A stretch of DNA of 64,000 bases, from the NCBI RefSeq assembly GCF_032116555.1, contig NZ_CP134949.1, positions 1,054,001 through 1,118,000 of the forward strand, read 5' to 3'. Below the pieces are notes generated by a model. It saw only the letters and a program-made list of their open reading frames with translations. It did no database searches and had not been told where the DNA came from. This DNA is from Halorarum halobium (lineage in GTDB: Archaea; Halobacteriota; Halobacteria; Halobacteriales; Haloferacaceae). Shown here one piece after another: positions 27,981 through 36,503 of this stretch; the first letter of the stretch is position 1, and every line of letters begins with the position of its first letter. The position numbers were made by a program, and so were the translations under genes.

Positions 27981-28479
27981 GAAGCCCCCGGAAGGATGGG
28001 AATCGGTGGTGGCTCAGTCACTGGATAGCAGTTCTCGAACGCCCCCGACTGGGTCCGCTCCCACGGAACGCGGCCGCCGCGTGCCAGGTGGCTCGTCCAG
28101 TCGAGTGCGGTGGCGCGCGGCCGACGGACCTCCGTTCACGCGAGCGAGCCTGCGAGCGAGGGTGAACTCACGGGACCGCAGGTCCCGGGTAGTGCCCGCC
28201 GCCGTCGCGCGAGGGATGAGGGAGCGTAGCGAGCGAAGCGAGCCGAGCGAACGAATCGGCTGGGGAGGCGTGTGGCTGTGCGGGGCGGTGGGTGGGACTG
28301 AAAGGGGCCGCATCTGTGGGCGATGGCGCGGACCGTCAAGCACCGCAGGAGGGAGGCCGCAGGCCGACCGACGAGGAGCGCAGCGGCCGCACCGAGCCGA
28401 CAGGTGCGGGGGCTTTCGAGGCGTGCGCCACGACCACTGAGCCACCGAATGAATCGATAGATGCGGGGGCTTTCGAGGC
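27981..28479. repeat. Structured intergenic repeat, copy 1 (full + strand unit ~28107-28479 plus degenerate inverted unit ~27981-28103)
   Basis: Exact 22-mers GGGTGGGACTGAAAGGGGCCGC (28290-28311) and GCGGGGGCTTTCGAGGCGTGCG (28406-28427) shared with the copy at 52.2-52.55 kb. Confidence 0.85.
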
Positions 28480-28550
28480 TGTACTGTCGAAACCAGTCCT
28501 CAAACTCCGAAGCTCGATTCAAACAACGAATCAGAAGAACCCGACCAGGA

Positions 28551-29807
28551 CTAGGGCCAGTTGCCGTTGTCCATGTACGCGTCCACCACGCGCTGGATCG
28601 CCACCACGTAGGCCGCGGTCCGGAAGTTCGGCACGTCGAGCGCCTCGTAACAGTCGATCAGGTCCTCGAACGCCGAGACGATCTGGGTCTCCAGTTCGTC
28701 GTTGACGCGCTCCTCGCTCCAGTAGAAGCGCTGGCGGTTCTGCACCCACTCGAAGTAGGAGACGGTGACGCCGCCCGCGTTGGCGAGGATGTCCGGAAAC
28801 ACGGCCACGTCGCGCTCGGTGAGCACGTCGTCGGCGTCGGGCGTGAGCGGCCCGTTCGCGGCCTCGACGACGACGTCGGCCCGCACGTCGCGCGCCAGGT
28901 CGCCGTCGACGGCGTTCTCCAGGGCCGCGGGAACGAGCAGGTCCACGTCGAACGTGAGCAGGTCCTCGTTGGAGAACTGCTCGTCGGCGCCCCCGTAACC
29001 CGTGACCGACCCCGTCTCGTTCTTGTGTTCCTTCACGTCGCGGGTGTCGAACCCGTGCTCGTGGTAGATCGCGCCCGAGGAGTCAGAGACGGCGACGACG
29101 TCCGCGCCGAGGTCCTCGAGGAGGTAGGCGGCGATGTGGCCGGCGTTGCCGTACCCCTGGACGGCGACGTCGGCGCCCTCCATCTCCTTGCCGAGGTAGT
29201 CGAACGCCTCGCGCGCGGTGAGCATCGTCGAGCGTCCCGTCGCCTCGACGCGCCCCTCGCTGCCGCCCGATTCGAGCGACTTCCCGGTGACGACGCCCGG
29301 CTCCGTGGTGTTCTCCAGCGTCTCGTAGGTGTCCTTGATCCAGTTCATCTCTCGCTGGCCGGTGTTGACGTCCGGCGCCGGGATGTCCGTGTCCTCGCCG
29401 ATGAACGGGCGCAACTCCTCGGCGAACGAGCGCGTAATGCGTTCGAGTTCGGCCGCCGAGTACTCCGCCGGGTCGACGTCGATGCCGCCCTTCCCGCCGC
29501 CGTAGGGGATGTCGACGACGGCGCACTTGTACACCATCCACCCCGAGAGCGCCTTCACCTCGTCGCGGCTGACGCCCGGGTGGTACCGGATGCCGCCCTT
29601 GTACGGTCCGCGGTCGCCGTTGAACTCCGAGCGGAACGCCCGGAACCGCCCAACTGAGCCGTCGTCGAGGTCGACCGAGAGGTTGAGTTCGAGCACCCGC
29701 TCGGGGTGTTTCAGGCGCTCGAGGACGTCGCCGCTCACGTCGAGATACGCCGCCGCGTCGTCGACCTGCTCTTGCAGGCTCTCGAAGGGGTTGGCCTCGC
29801 CTGACAT
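28551..29807 (-). CDS. gdhA: Glutamate dehydrogenase (Glu/Leu/Phe/Val family)
   Basis: [56 protein letters not shown]. Confidence 0.93.
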   Translation of the reverse strand: MSGEANPFESLQEQVDDAAAYLDVSGDVLERLKHPERVLELNLSVDLDDGSVGRFRAFRSEFNGDRGPYKGGIRYHPGVSRDEVKALSGWMVYKCAVVDIPYGGGKGGIDVDPAEYSAAELERITRSFAEELRPFIGEDTDIPAPDVNTGQREMNWIKDTYETLENTTEPGVVTGKSLESGGSEGRVEATGRSTMLTAREAFDYLGKEMEGADVAVQGYGNAGHIAAYLLEDLGADVVAVSDSSGAIYHEHGFDTRDVKEHKNETGSVTGYGGADEQFSNEDLLTFDVDLLVPAALENAVDGDLARDVRADVVVEAANGPLTPDADDVLTERDVAVFPDILANAGGVTVSYFEWVQNRQRFYWSEERVNDELETQIVSAFEDLIDCYEALDVPNFRTAAYVVAIQRVVDAYMDNGNWP

Positions 29808-30040
29808 GGTGCGCGATTCATGGCTTCGGGTGTTAGGTCTGTCGGCGACCGTCGCGGAGTGCCCCGCCGCTGTCGGTCGATTCCCTGCCCACCGATGACT
29901 AGTGACTAGCGGGGGAAATCTATAGTATACAAATGTGTATTATGACCTTATCTCTCTCAGTATCATCAATATTTTATCTACGCGGCGGCGAGCGGGGGTA
30001 TCGACCGCCGTTCCGCGCGGCGACGCGTCGACACAGCACC

Positions 30041-31363
30041 ATGTCAACCGGAACTGCAGACACGACCGAACAGGAGTCGACCGACGGCGACGCGACGCCG
30101 GCCGACGGGCCCGAGGAGCCCGAGACGGCCCTGGAGACCGCTCGCCGGCAGCTCGAACACGCGGCCGCACACCTCGACGTCGACCCCGGCGTCATTGAGC
30201 GCCTGAAGCACCCGACGACGGTCCACCGCGTCGCGGTGCCCCTCGAACACGACGACGGCAGCGTCGAGGTGTACACCGGCTACCGCGCCCAGCACGACGA
30301 CGTGCGCGGCCCGTACAAGGGCGGCCTGCGCTACCACCCGCACGTCAGCGAGGAGGAGTGCGTCGGCCTCTCGATGTGGATGACCTGGAAGTGTGCCGTG
30401 ATGGACCTCCCGTTCGGCGGCGGCAAGGGCGGCGTCGTCGTCGACCCCCGCGAACTCAGCGACGGGGAGAAGGAGCGACTCACGCGCCGGTTCTCGGAGG
30501 AGCTCCGCAAGTTCGTCGGCCCGAAGAAGGACATCCCCGCGCCCGACATGGGCACCGACTCCCAGACGATGGCGTGGTTCATGGACGCCTACTCGATGCA
30601 GGAAGGCGAGACCATCCCCGGCGTCGTCACGGGCAAGCCGCCGGTCGTCGGCGGCAGCGAGGGCCGCGAGGAGGCGCCCGGCCGCAGCGTCGCGCTCGTC
30701 ACCCGCGAGGCGGCCGACTACTTCGACTACGATCTCGAGGGCCTCACGGTCGCGGTGCAGGGGTACGGCTCGGTCGGTGCCAACGCGGCGCGCCTGCTCG
30801 ACGACTGGGGCGCGGACGTCGTCGCCATCTCGGACACCGGCGGCGCCATCCACGACCCCGACGGACTCGACACCCACGCCGTCCCCTCGTTCGCCGAAAA
30901 GCAGAACGCCGTCACCGAACACGACGCGCCCGAACTGCTGGAGGACGGGAACGACGTCCTCGAACTTGACGTCGACGTCCTCGTTCCCGCGGCCGTCGGC
31001 AACGTCATCACCACCGAGAACGCGGCCGACGTCGACGCGGACATCGTCGTCGAGGGCGCGAACGGCCCGACGACGTTCGCGGCCGACGCCATCCTCGCCG
31101 AGCGCGGCGTCCACGTCATCCCCGACATCCTCGCCAACGCTGGCGGGGTCACCGTCTCCTACTTCGAGTGGCTCCAGGACATCAACCGGCGCACCTGGAC
31201 GCTCGAAGAAGTGAACGAGGAGCTCGAATCCGAAATGCTCTCGGCGTGGGACGACGTCCGCCGCGAGGTCGAAGCGCGCGACGTGACGTGGCGCGACGCG
31301 GCCTACATCGTCGCGCTCGACCGCATCGCGGAGGCCAAGAGCGTCCGCGGCCTCTGGCCGTAA
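30041..31363 (+). CDS. gdhB: Glutamate dehydrogenase (GdhB-type paralog)
   Basis: [42 protein letters not shown]-terminal RGLWP; ATG at 30041. Confidence 0.9.
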   Translation: MSTGTADTTEQESTDGDATPADGPEEPETALETARRQLEHAAAHLDVDPGVIERLKHPTTVHRVAVPLEHDDGSVEVYTGYRAQHDDVRGPYKGGLRYHPHVSEEECVGLSMWMTWKCAVMDLPFGGGKGGVVVDPRELSDGEKERLTRRFSEELRKFVGPKKDIPAPDMGTDSQTMAWFMDAYSMQEGETIPGVVTGKPPVVGGSEGREEAPGRSVALVTREAADYFDYDLEGLTVAVQGYGSVGANAARLLDDWGADVVAISDTGGAIHDPDGLDTHAVPSFAEKQNAVTEHDAPELLEDGNDVLELDVDVLVPAAVGNVITTENAADVDADIVVEGANGPTTFAADAILAERGVHVIPDILANAGGVTVSYFEWLQDINRRTWTLEEVNEELESEMLSAWDDVRREVEARDVTWRDAAYIVALDRIAEAKSVRGLWP

Positions 31364-31423
31364 GTCGGGCGTTCGGCTCCCGGTTCGGGGTTCGATCCTG
31401 ACCGTGTCCCGCCCGTCCTCCCC

Positions 31424-32299
31424 CTATTCGTCGCCGTTCCGTTCGCCGGTTCCTCGCTCGTCCGCCAGCCGCGCGTACTCCAGGATCCGCTCGGCCTGCG
31501 CGACCAGCGGCGCGTCGATCATCTCCCCCTCGACCTCGAACACGCCGCGATCAGCGGCGGCCGCCTCCTCGCGCGCGGCCAGCACGCGCTCGGCCCACTC
31601 GACGTCGGACTCGGCGGGCGTGAACGCCTCGTTGATGACCGGCACCTGCGCGGGGTGGATCGCCATCTTCCCGTCGTAGCCCAGCCCCGCCGCGAACTCG
31701 GTCTCCTCCCGCAGGCCATCGGCGTCCTCGAACTCCGTGAACACGGTGTCGACGGCGTCGACGCCGGCGGCCGCGGCCGCGACGACGACCTTCTCGCGGG
31801 CGTACAGCACCTCCGTTCCCTCCGTCGTCCGCGTCGCGCCGACGTCGGCAGAGAGGTCCTCCGCGCCGAACAGCAGGGCGTCGGTCGCGTCGGCGTCCGC
31901 GATCCCGGCGGCGTTCAGCACCCCCCGGGCGGTCTCGACCAGCGCCAGGACCGGCACGTCGCAGTCGTGTTCCCGCAACTGATTCGCGAGGTGGTCGACC
32001 GCGTCGGCGGACTCGGTTTTCGGGAGCATCACCGCGTCGAAGTTCCCCGGCCCCTCGTCCGCCAGCGCCTCCAGGTCGCCGTACGCGTCGACCCCGCTGA
32101 CGCGGACGCACACCTCGGCGTCGGGGTCGAACGCCGGGTCGGCGAGCACGTCGCGGACCGCGGTGCGGGCCTCCTCCTTCCGCGCCGGCGCGACGGCGTC
32201 CTCGAGGTCGAAGACGATCGTGTCCGCGCCCGCGCTCGGCGCCTTTCGCATGAGTTCCGGGCGGTCGCCGGGGGAAAAGAGGACGCTGCGTCTCACCAT
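31424..32299 (-). CDS. citE: CitE-like citryl-/malyl-CoA lyase (HpcH/HpaI family)
   Basis: RRSVLFSPGD, DLEDAVAP..K..AR, LPK.E, ETA.G, FGAEDL, GK.AIHP.Q, MIDAP. Confidence 0.9.
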   Translation of the reverse strand: MVRRSVLFSPGDRPELMRKAPSAGADTIVFDLEDAVAPARKEEARTAVRDVLADPAFDPDAEVCVRVSGVDAYGDLEALADEGPGNFDAVMLPKTESADAVDHLANQLREHDCDVPVLALVETARGVLNAAGIADADATDALLFGAEDLSADVGATRTTEGTEVLYAREKVVVAAAAAGVDAVDTVFTEFEDADGLREETEFAAGLGYDGKMAIHPAQVPVINEAFTPAESDVEWAERVLAAREEAAAADRGVFEVEGEMIDAPLVAQAERILEYARLADERGTGERNGDE

Positions 32300-32523
32300 G
32301 GCGTGAGGTTCGTGTGGGCCGGATTTCAATCCTCCCGTCTCCGACCTGTCCAGTAGTGGTGTCGGATCTTCATCTCTCGCGACGATGGCGGACACGGAGG
32401 TTCGCCAGCCACGCGCCGACTGCGTTCGACCAGCACCATTGAGCGTCGTCCGGATGGGTCACGTCTCGAAACGTCCGAGGTCGGTTCCCCCACGGTTTTG
32501 GTCCCCGGCGGCGACCCTCGCGC

Positions 32524-33039
32524 ATGGCCGGGAAGTACTACGAGGAGTTCGAGGTCGGCGAGACCATCGAGCACGAGAAGCGCCGCACGGTGAGCGAGCG
32601 CGACAACCAGGCGTTCTGCGACATGACGATGAACCAGCAGCCGCTCCACCTCGACGCCGACTTAGCCGCCGACACGCGGTTCGGCGAGCGACTCGTCAAC
32701 GGCATCTACACGATGGCGCTGGCGACCGGGCTCTCGATCCCGGACACGACCGACGGCACCATCGTCGCCAACCTCTCGTACGACGACGTCGAGCACCCGA
32801 ACCCGGTGTTTCACGGCGACACGATCTACGCGCGCTCGACCGTGCTCGACAAGCGCGAGACGAGCGACGGCGAGCGCGGGGTCGTCACCATGCGCGTCGA
32901 GGCGTTCACGGTCGGCGACGGCGACGCGGAGGCTGACGGCGGCGGCGGTGACGGCTCCGACGGCGACGCGGAGGACGACACGCTCGTCTGTGAGTTCGAG
33001 CGGACGGTGCTCAGCCTGAAGCGCGAGAACGCCGAGTGA
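32524..33039 (+). CDS. MaoC-family (R)-enoyl-CoA hydratase/dehydratase
   Basis: G.YYEEFEVG, RTV...DN..F...TMN.QPLH.D, FGER.VNG, PVFHGDT. Confidence 0.9.
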   Translation: MAGKYYEEFEVGETIEHEKRRTVSERDNQAFCDMTMNQQPLHLDADLAADTRFGERLVNGIYTMALATGLSIPDTTDGTIVANLSYDDVEHPNPVFHGDTIYARSTVLDKRETSDGERGVVTMRVEAFTVGDGDAEADGGGGDGSDGDAEDDTLVCEFERTVLSLKRENAE

Positions 33040-33130
33040 GTTCGGCCGCGGTTCCCTCGGCGACCGAGCCCCGACCGCGGGCGTGACGCTGTCGCATGGG
33101 TTTATACTGTCCCGCCCGCCACCATCGGCC

Positions 33131-33802
33131 ATGGCTTCACCCTCCACGGACGACTCGCTCCCGGATGACTCGCTTCCGGACGGATTCGATTGGCTAACCC
33201 TCGACCCCGACGAGGACGTCGTCTGGACCGGCATCCCGCACAAGCTCAGCCTGGTCCCCGCGCTCGTCGTCGGGGTCCCGCTGTCGGTGGTCGTCGTCGG
33301 CATCCCGATCATCGTCTCGGCGTACCTCAGCCGCGAGAACACCGAGTACGTGCTGACGACCGACGCGCTGTACAAGAAGCGGGGCATCCTCTCGCGTGAC
33401 GTGAAGCGGATCGGCTTCGAGAAGGTCCAGGACACCTCCTACTCGCAGGGCTTTTTCGGCACCCAGTTCGGCTACGGCACCGTCGAAATCTCGACCGCCG
33501 GCGGCTCGGGCGTCGAACTCAGCTTCGACAACGTGCCCGAACCCAAGCGGGTACAGGAGCTCGTGAACGAGCGCATCCGCACCCGCGAGGGGGGACGGAC
33601 CGACGGGGAGACGAAATCCGACGTGCTCTCGGACATCCTCGCCGAACTGCGGGCGATCCGGACGGTGGTCGAGGGTGACGCCGTCGATGGCGACGCCGTC
33701 GGGGCGGACGCGACCGACGGAGCGGCGACGGACGAGGACGCGACCGACACCGAGGTGGCGGAGGCGACCGACTCCTTCGACTACCCGGACGCGGAGGAAT
33801 GA
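33131..33802 (+). CDS. Bacterial-type PH domain (bPH_2) membrane protein
   Basis: E.VVW.G.P, TM, Y.LT...LY.K.GILSR, VQD.SY.Q......GYGTV.I.TAGG. Confidence 0.85.
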   Translation: MASPSTDDSLPDDSLPDGFDWLTLDPDEDVVWTGIPHKLSLVPALVVGVPLSVVVVGIPIIVSAYLSRENTEYVLTTDALYKKRGILSRDVKRIGFEKVQDTSYSQGFFGTQFGYGTVEISTAGGSGVELSFDNVPEPKRVQELVNERIRTREGGRTDGETKSDVLSDILAELRAIRTVVEGDAVDGDAVGADATDGAATDEDATDTEVAEATDSFDYPDAEE

Positions 33803-34377
33803 CCGACGCCGAGGCTCCGCCGGCGCTCCCGCTCGCGGACGACGAGCCGGTGGGCTGGACCGGCCGGCCGCGGCTCTCGGCGGCGATTCCCTCGGCGCTC
33901 GTCGGGTTCGTCGTCGCCGTGGTCGGCGTCGGCTGGTGGGCGCTCCCGGCGGTCTCGACTCGGCCGCCGCTCCTGCTGGTCGTCGCCGCGGTACTGCTCG
34001 GCGTCACGGTTCCCGCGGTCTCGCTGCTCTCGCTCGTGAACACGCGCTACGTGGTGACCGACCGCGCCGCGTACGTCAAGCGCGGCGTCCTCGGCCGCCG
34101 GGTCTCACGGGCGCGGCTCGCCAAGGTGGAAAACACCGCGTACAGACAGTCCGTGACGGGCTCGCTGTTCGGCTACGGGACCGTGGAGCTGCAGACGGCC
34201 GGCGGGTCGTTCACCTTCCGTCGGGTCGACGATCCGGCGTCGGTCCGCGCGACGGTGGACGAGCGCACGGGCGGGTCGGGCGACGCGGACGAGCCGGTTC
34301 CGGGCAGCCTGCGGGAGTGGCGGGCGGTCCGTGAGGAGGTCCGGGCGCTCAGGGCCGGATTCGAGGGGGGCGGCTGA
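33799..34377 (+). CDS. bPH_2 membrane protein, tandem paralog
   Basis: W.GRP, two TMs, YVVTDR....KRGVL.R, QS....LFGYGTV...TAGG; ATGA overlap with upstream paralog. Confidence 0.85.
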   Translation: MTDAEAPPALPLADDEPVGWTGRPRLSAAIPSALVGFVVAVVGVGWWALPAVSTRPPLLLVVAAVLLGVTVPAVSLLSLVNTRYVVTDRAAYVKRGVLGRRVSRARLAKVENTAYRQSVTGSLFGYGTVELQTAGGSFTFRRVDDPASVRATVDERTGGSGDADEPVPGSLREWRAVREEVRALRAGFEGGG

Positions 34378-34529
34378 GACCCTCAACTCGCGGCGCCGGC
34401 TGACGGACGGCGACAGGGCGGCGCGAGCGCGGGACGGGTCGCCGTGCGAGTGCGTGGCGTCTCACGGTAGTCGGTCAGCGCACGGTCGGGCCGGTCCAGC
34501 CTTCGTATTTGAACCTCGGTGACGTTCGT

Positions 34530-36323
34530 CTACAGCACCGTGCCGTGCTTCTTGTCGGGGACGGACTTCTCGATGTCCGCGTAGAAGTCGAACCGCTGGA
34601 CGAGTTCTTCCCGTAGCTCCGAGGGCGGCACGATCTCGTCGATGACGACCTCGCTCGCCATCCGGTGGACGTCGATGTCGCGGCGGTACTCCTCGCGGAG
34701 TTCGGCCTCCCGCTCCTTTCGCTCCGCCTCGTCCTCGATGTCGTTCAGCTTGTTCGCGTAGACGGCGTTGATCGCGGCCTCGGGCCCCATGATGCCGATC
34801 TCGCCCGACGGGAGCCCGATGACCGATTCGGGCTCGTAGGCGGGCCCGCCCATCGCGTAGATGCCCGCGCCGTACGCCTTCCGGACGACGACGGTCTGCT
34901 GGGGGACCGTCGCCGAGGAGGTGGCGTAGATGAACTTCTTCCCCTTCTCGAGGATCGCGTCCTTCTCGACGTCCGAGCCGGCCATGAACCCCGGCGTGTC
35001 ACAGAGGTACAGCAGGGGAACCTCGTAGGCGTCGCAGGTCCAGATGAACTCGGCGGCCTTCTCGGCGGCGTCGGGGAAGATGGCGCCCGAGCGCTGGGTC
35101 GGCTGGTTCGCGACGACGCCGACCGGGCGGCCGTCGATGCGGACGAACGCCGTGACGATCTCCGTGCCGTACTCGGGTTTGAGTTCGAAGACGGACTCCG
35201 CGTCCGCGACCCGTTCGATCAGGTCGTGGACGTCGTAGGGGAGGTTCGGGGCCTCGGGAATCAGTTCGTCGATGCCGCCGGGCGAGAACTTCGGCGGTTC
35301 GGCGTCCGAGCGCGGCGGCTTCTCGCCCGCCTTGTCGGGAAGGTACGTCATCAGTTGGGAGACGAGTTCGCGCGCGTGCTCCTCGTCGCGGGCGACGAGG
35401 TCGGCGCTCCCCGAGTACTTCGCGTGGACGTCCGGGCCGCCCAGTTCCTGCATGTCGATCTCCTCGCCCGTGACCATCTTCACCATCCGCGGCGAGGCGA
35501 TTGCCATCGCGGACATCCCCTCGACCATGACGGTGAAGTCGGCGAAGACGGGGGTGTAGGCCGCGCCGGCGATGCAAGGGCCGTACAGCACGCAGATCTG
35601 TGGGACGCGCCCCGAGAGCATCGAGTGGTTGTAGTAGTACTTCCCGATCCCCTCGCGGTTGGCGAAGAATCCGGTCTGCTGGTCGATGCGCCCGCCCGAG
35701 GAGTCCATCAGGTACAGCACCGGCTTCCCGTTCTTCAGCGCGCGCTGTTGCATCCGGAGGAACTTCTCGACCCCGCGGCCGGCCATCGACCCCGCCTTCA
35801 CGGTGAAGTCGTTCGCCATGAAGTGGACGTCGCGGCCCCCGAACTCGGCGGCGCCCGTGATGAGTCCGTCCGCGGGGACGCGGTTCGACTCGTCGTACTC
35901 CTCGACGTCCGGCGAGTTGCGGTGATACGAGTCGAAGTTGGCGAACTTCCCGTCCTCGAACTTGAGGCCGTCCGTGGCTCCCTCGGCGTCCGCGTCGCCG
36001 CCGCCGCCCTCGCCGCCGCCGCCGAACCAGAGGTCGAGGCGGTCGCGGACGAACAGTTTCCCCTGCTCGGGCAGCCGCTGCTTGTACTTCTCGGGGCCGC
36101 CCTGGAGGATGTCGGCGATCTCCTCGCGGAGCGTCGCCTCCCGGTCGGTCGGGCCGAGGTCGTCCGCAAGCGGGTACTCCGGTTCCGGCGGTTCGGCGAC
36201 GGCCGCGGGGTCGTCGCGCTCGCCCGCGAACACCTCGATGTCGACGCCGAGGTGTTCAGCGAGCGCGGACGCGATGGCGCCCGCCTCCTCCTCGCTCGCC
36301 CCGGCACCCACGTGGACCTTCAT
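34530..36323 (-). CDS. Acyl-CoA carboxylase carboxyltransferase (beta) subunit
   Basis: ANDFTVKAGS, DSSGGRI, GPCIAGAAY, LGGPDVH, DTPGFMAG, RKAYGAG, KKHG. Confidence 0.92.
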   Translation of the reverse strand: MKVHVGAGASEEEAGAIASALAEHLGVDIEVFAGERDDPAAVAEPPEPEYPLADDLGPTDREATLREEIADILQGGPEKYKQRLPEQGKLFVRDRLDLWFGGGGEGGGGDADAEGATDGLKFEDGKFANFDSYHRNSPDVEEYDESNRVPADGLITGAAEFGGRDVHFMANDFTVKAGSMAGRGVEKFLRMQQRALKNGKPVLYLMDSSGGRIDQQTGFFANREGIGKYYYNHSMLSGRVPQICVLYGPCIAGAAYTPVFADFTVMVEGMSAMAIASPRMVKMVTGEEIDMQELGGPDVHAKYSGSADLVARDEEHARELVSQLMTYLPDKAGEKPPRSDAEPPKFSPGGIDELIPEAPNLPYDVHDLIERVADAESVFELKPEYGTEIVTAFVRIDGRPVGVVANQPTQRSGAIFPDAAEKAAEFIWTCDAYEVPLLYLCDTPGFMAGSDVEKDAILEKGKKFIYATSSATVPQQTVVVRKAYGAGIYAMGGPAYEPESVIGLPSGEIGIMGPEAAINAVYANKLNDIEDEAERKEREAELREEYRRDIDVHRMASEVVIDEIVPPSELREELVQRFDFYADIEKSVPDKKHGTVL

Positions 36324-36503
36324 ACAACTGTCTGTGCAAGAATTGCCCTAAGGAGTTTCCATGCGCGCCGGGCGTCGCTCGCCGGATCGGTCCCGGAAGC
36401 CGACTCGGTCGGTCGACCGCACCGTCGCCCCATCCGTAAATATGTTTACAGGAGGGCGCTTCTGGAAGGTATCAAGTCGCTCCCGACCGACGTTCCCCTC
36501 GCA

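Noticed and set aside
28290..28420. Hammerhead ribozyme (CTGA...GAAA-like words)
   Set aside because: The required CUGANGA and GAAA cores are not present in the right order and stem context on either strand
28400..28480. CRISPR-like repeat-spacer-repeat
   Set aside because: Only two short (~18-24 bp) repeats per locus, no array, no leader and no cas genes
28006..28705. Short ORFs overlapping the repeat (also at 52211-52561)
   Set aside because: Arg/Ser/Ala-rich translations of the structured repeat with no haloarchaeal codon or acidity signature
36436..36449. GTAAA-TATG-TTTAC palindrome between the carboxyltransferase and S9 peptidase
   Set aside because: Short and could simply be promoter TATA elements; no second instance to support an operator
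34665..36503. Apparent 1242-aa S9 peptidase with a long N-terminal extension
   Set aside because: The extension is antisense to the carboxyltransferase; the real start is most likely ATG 36504
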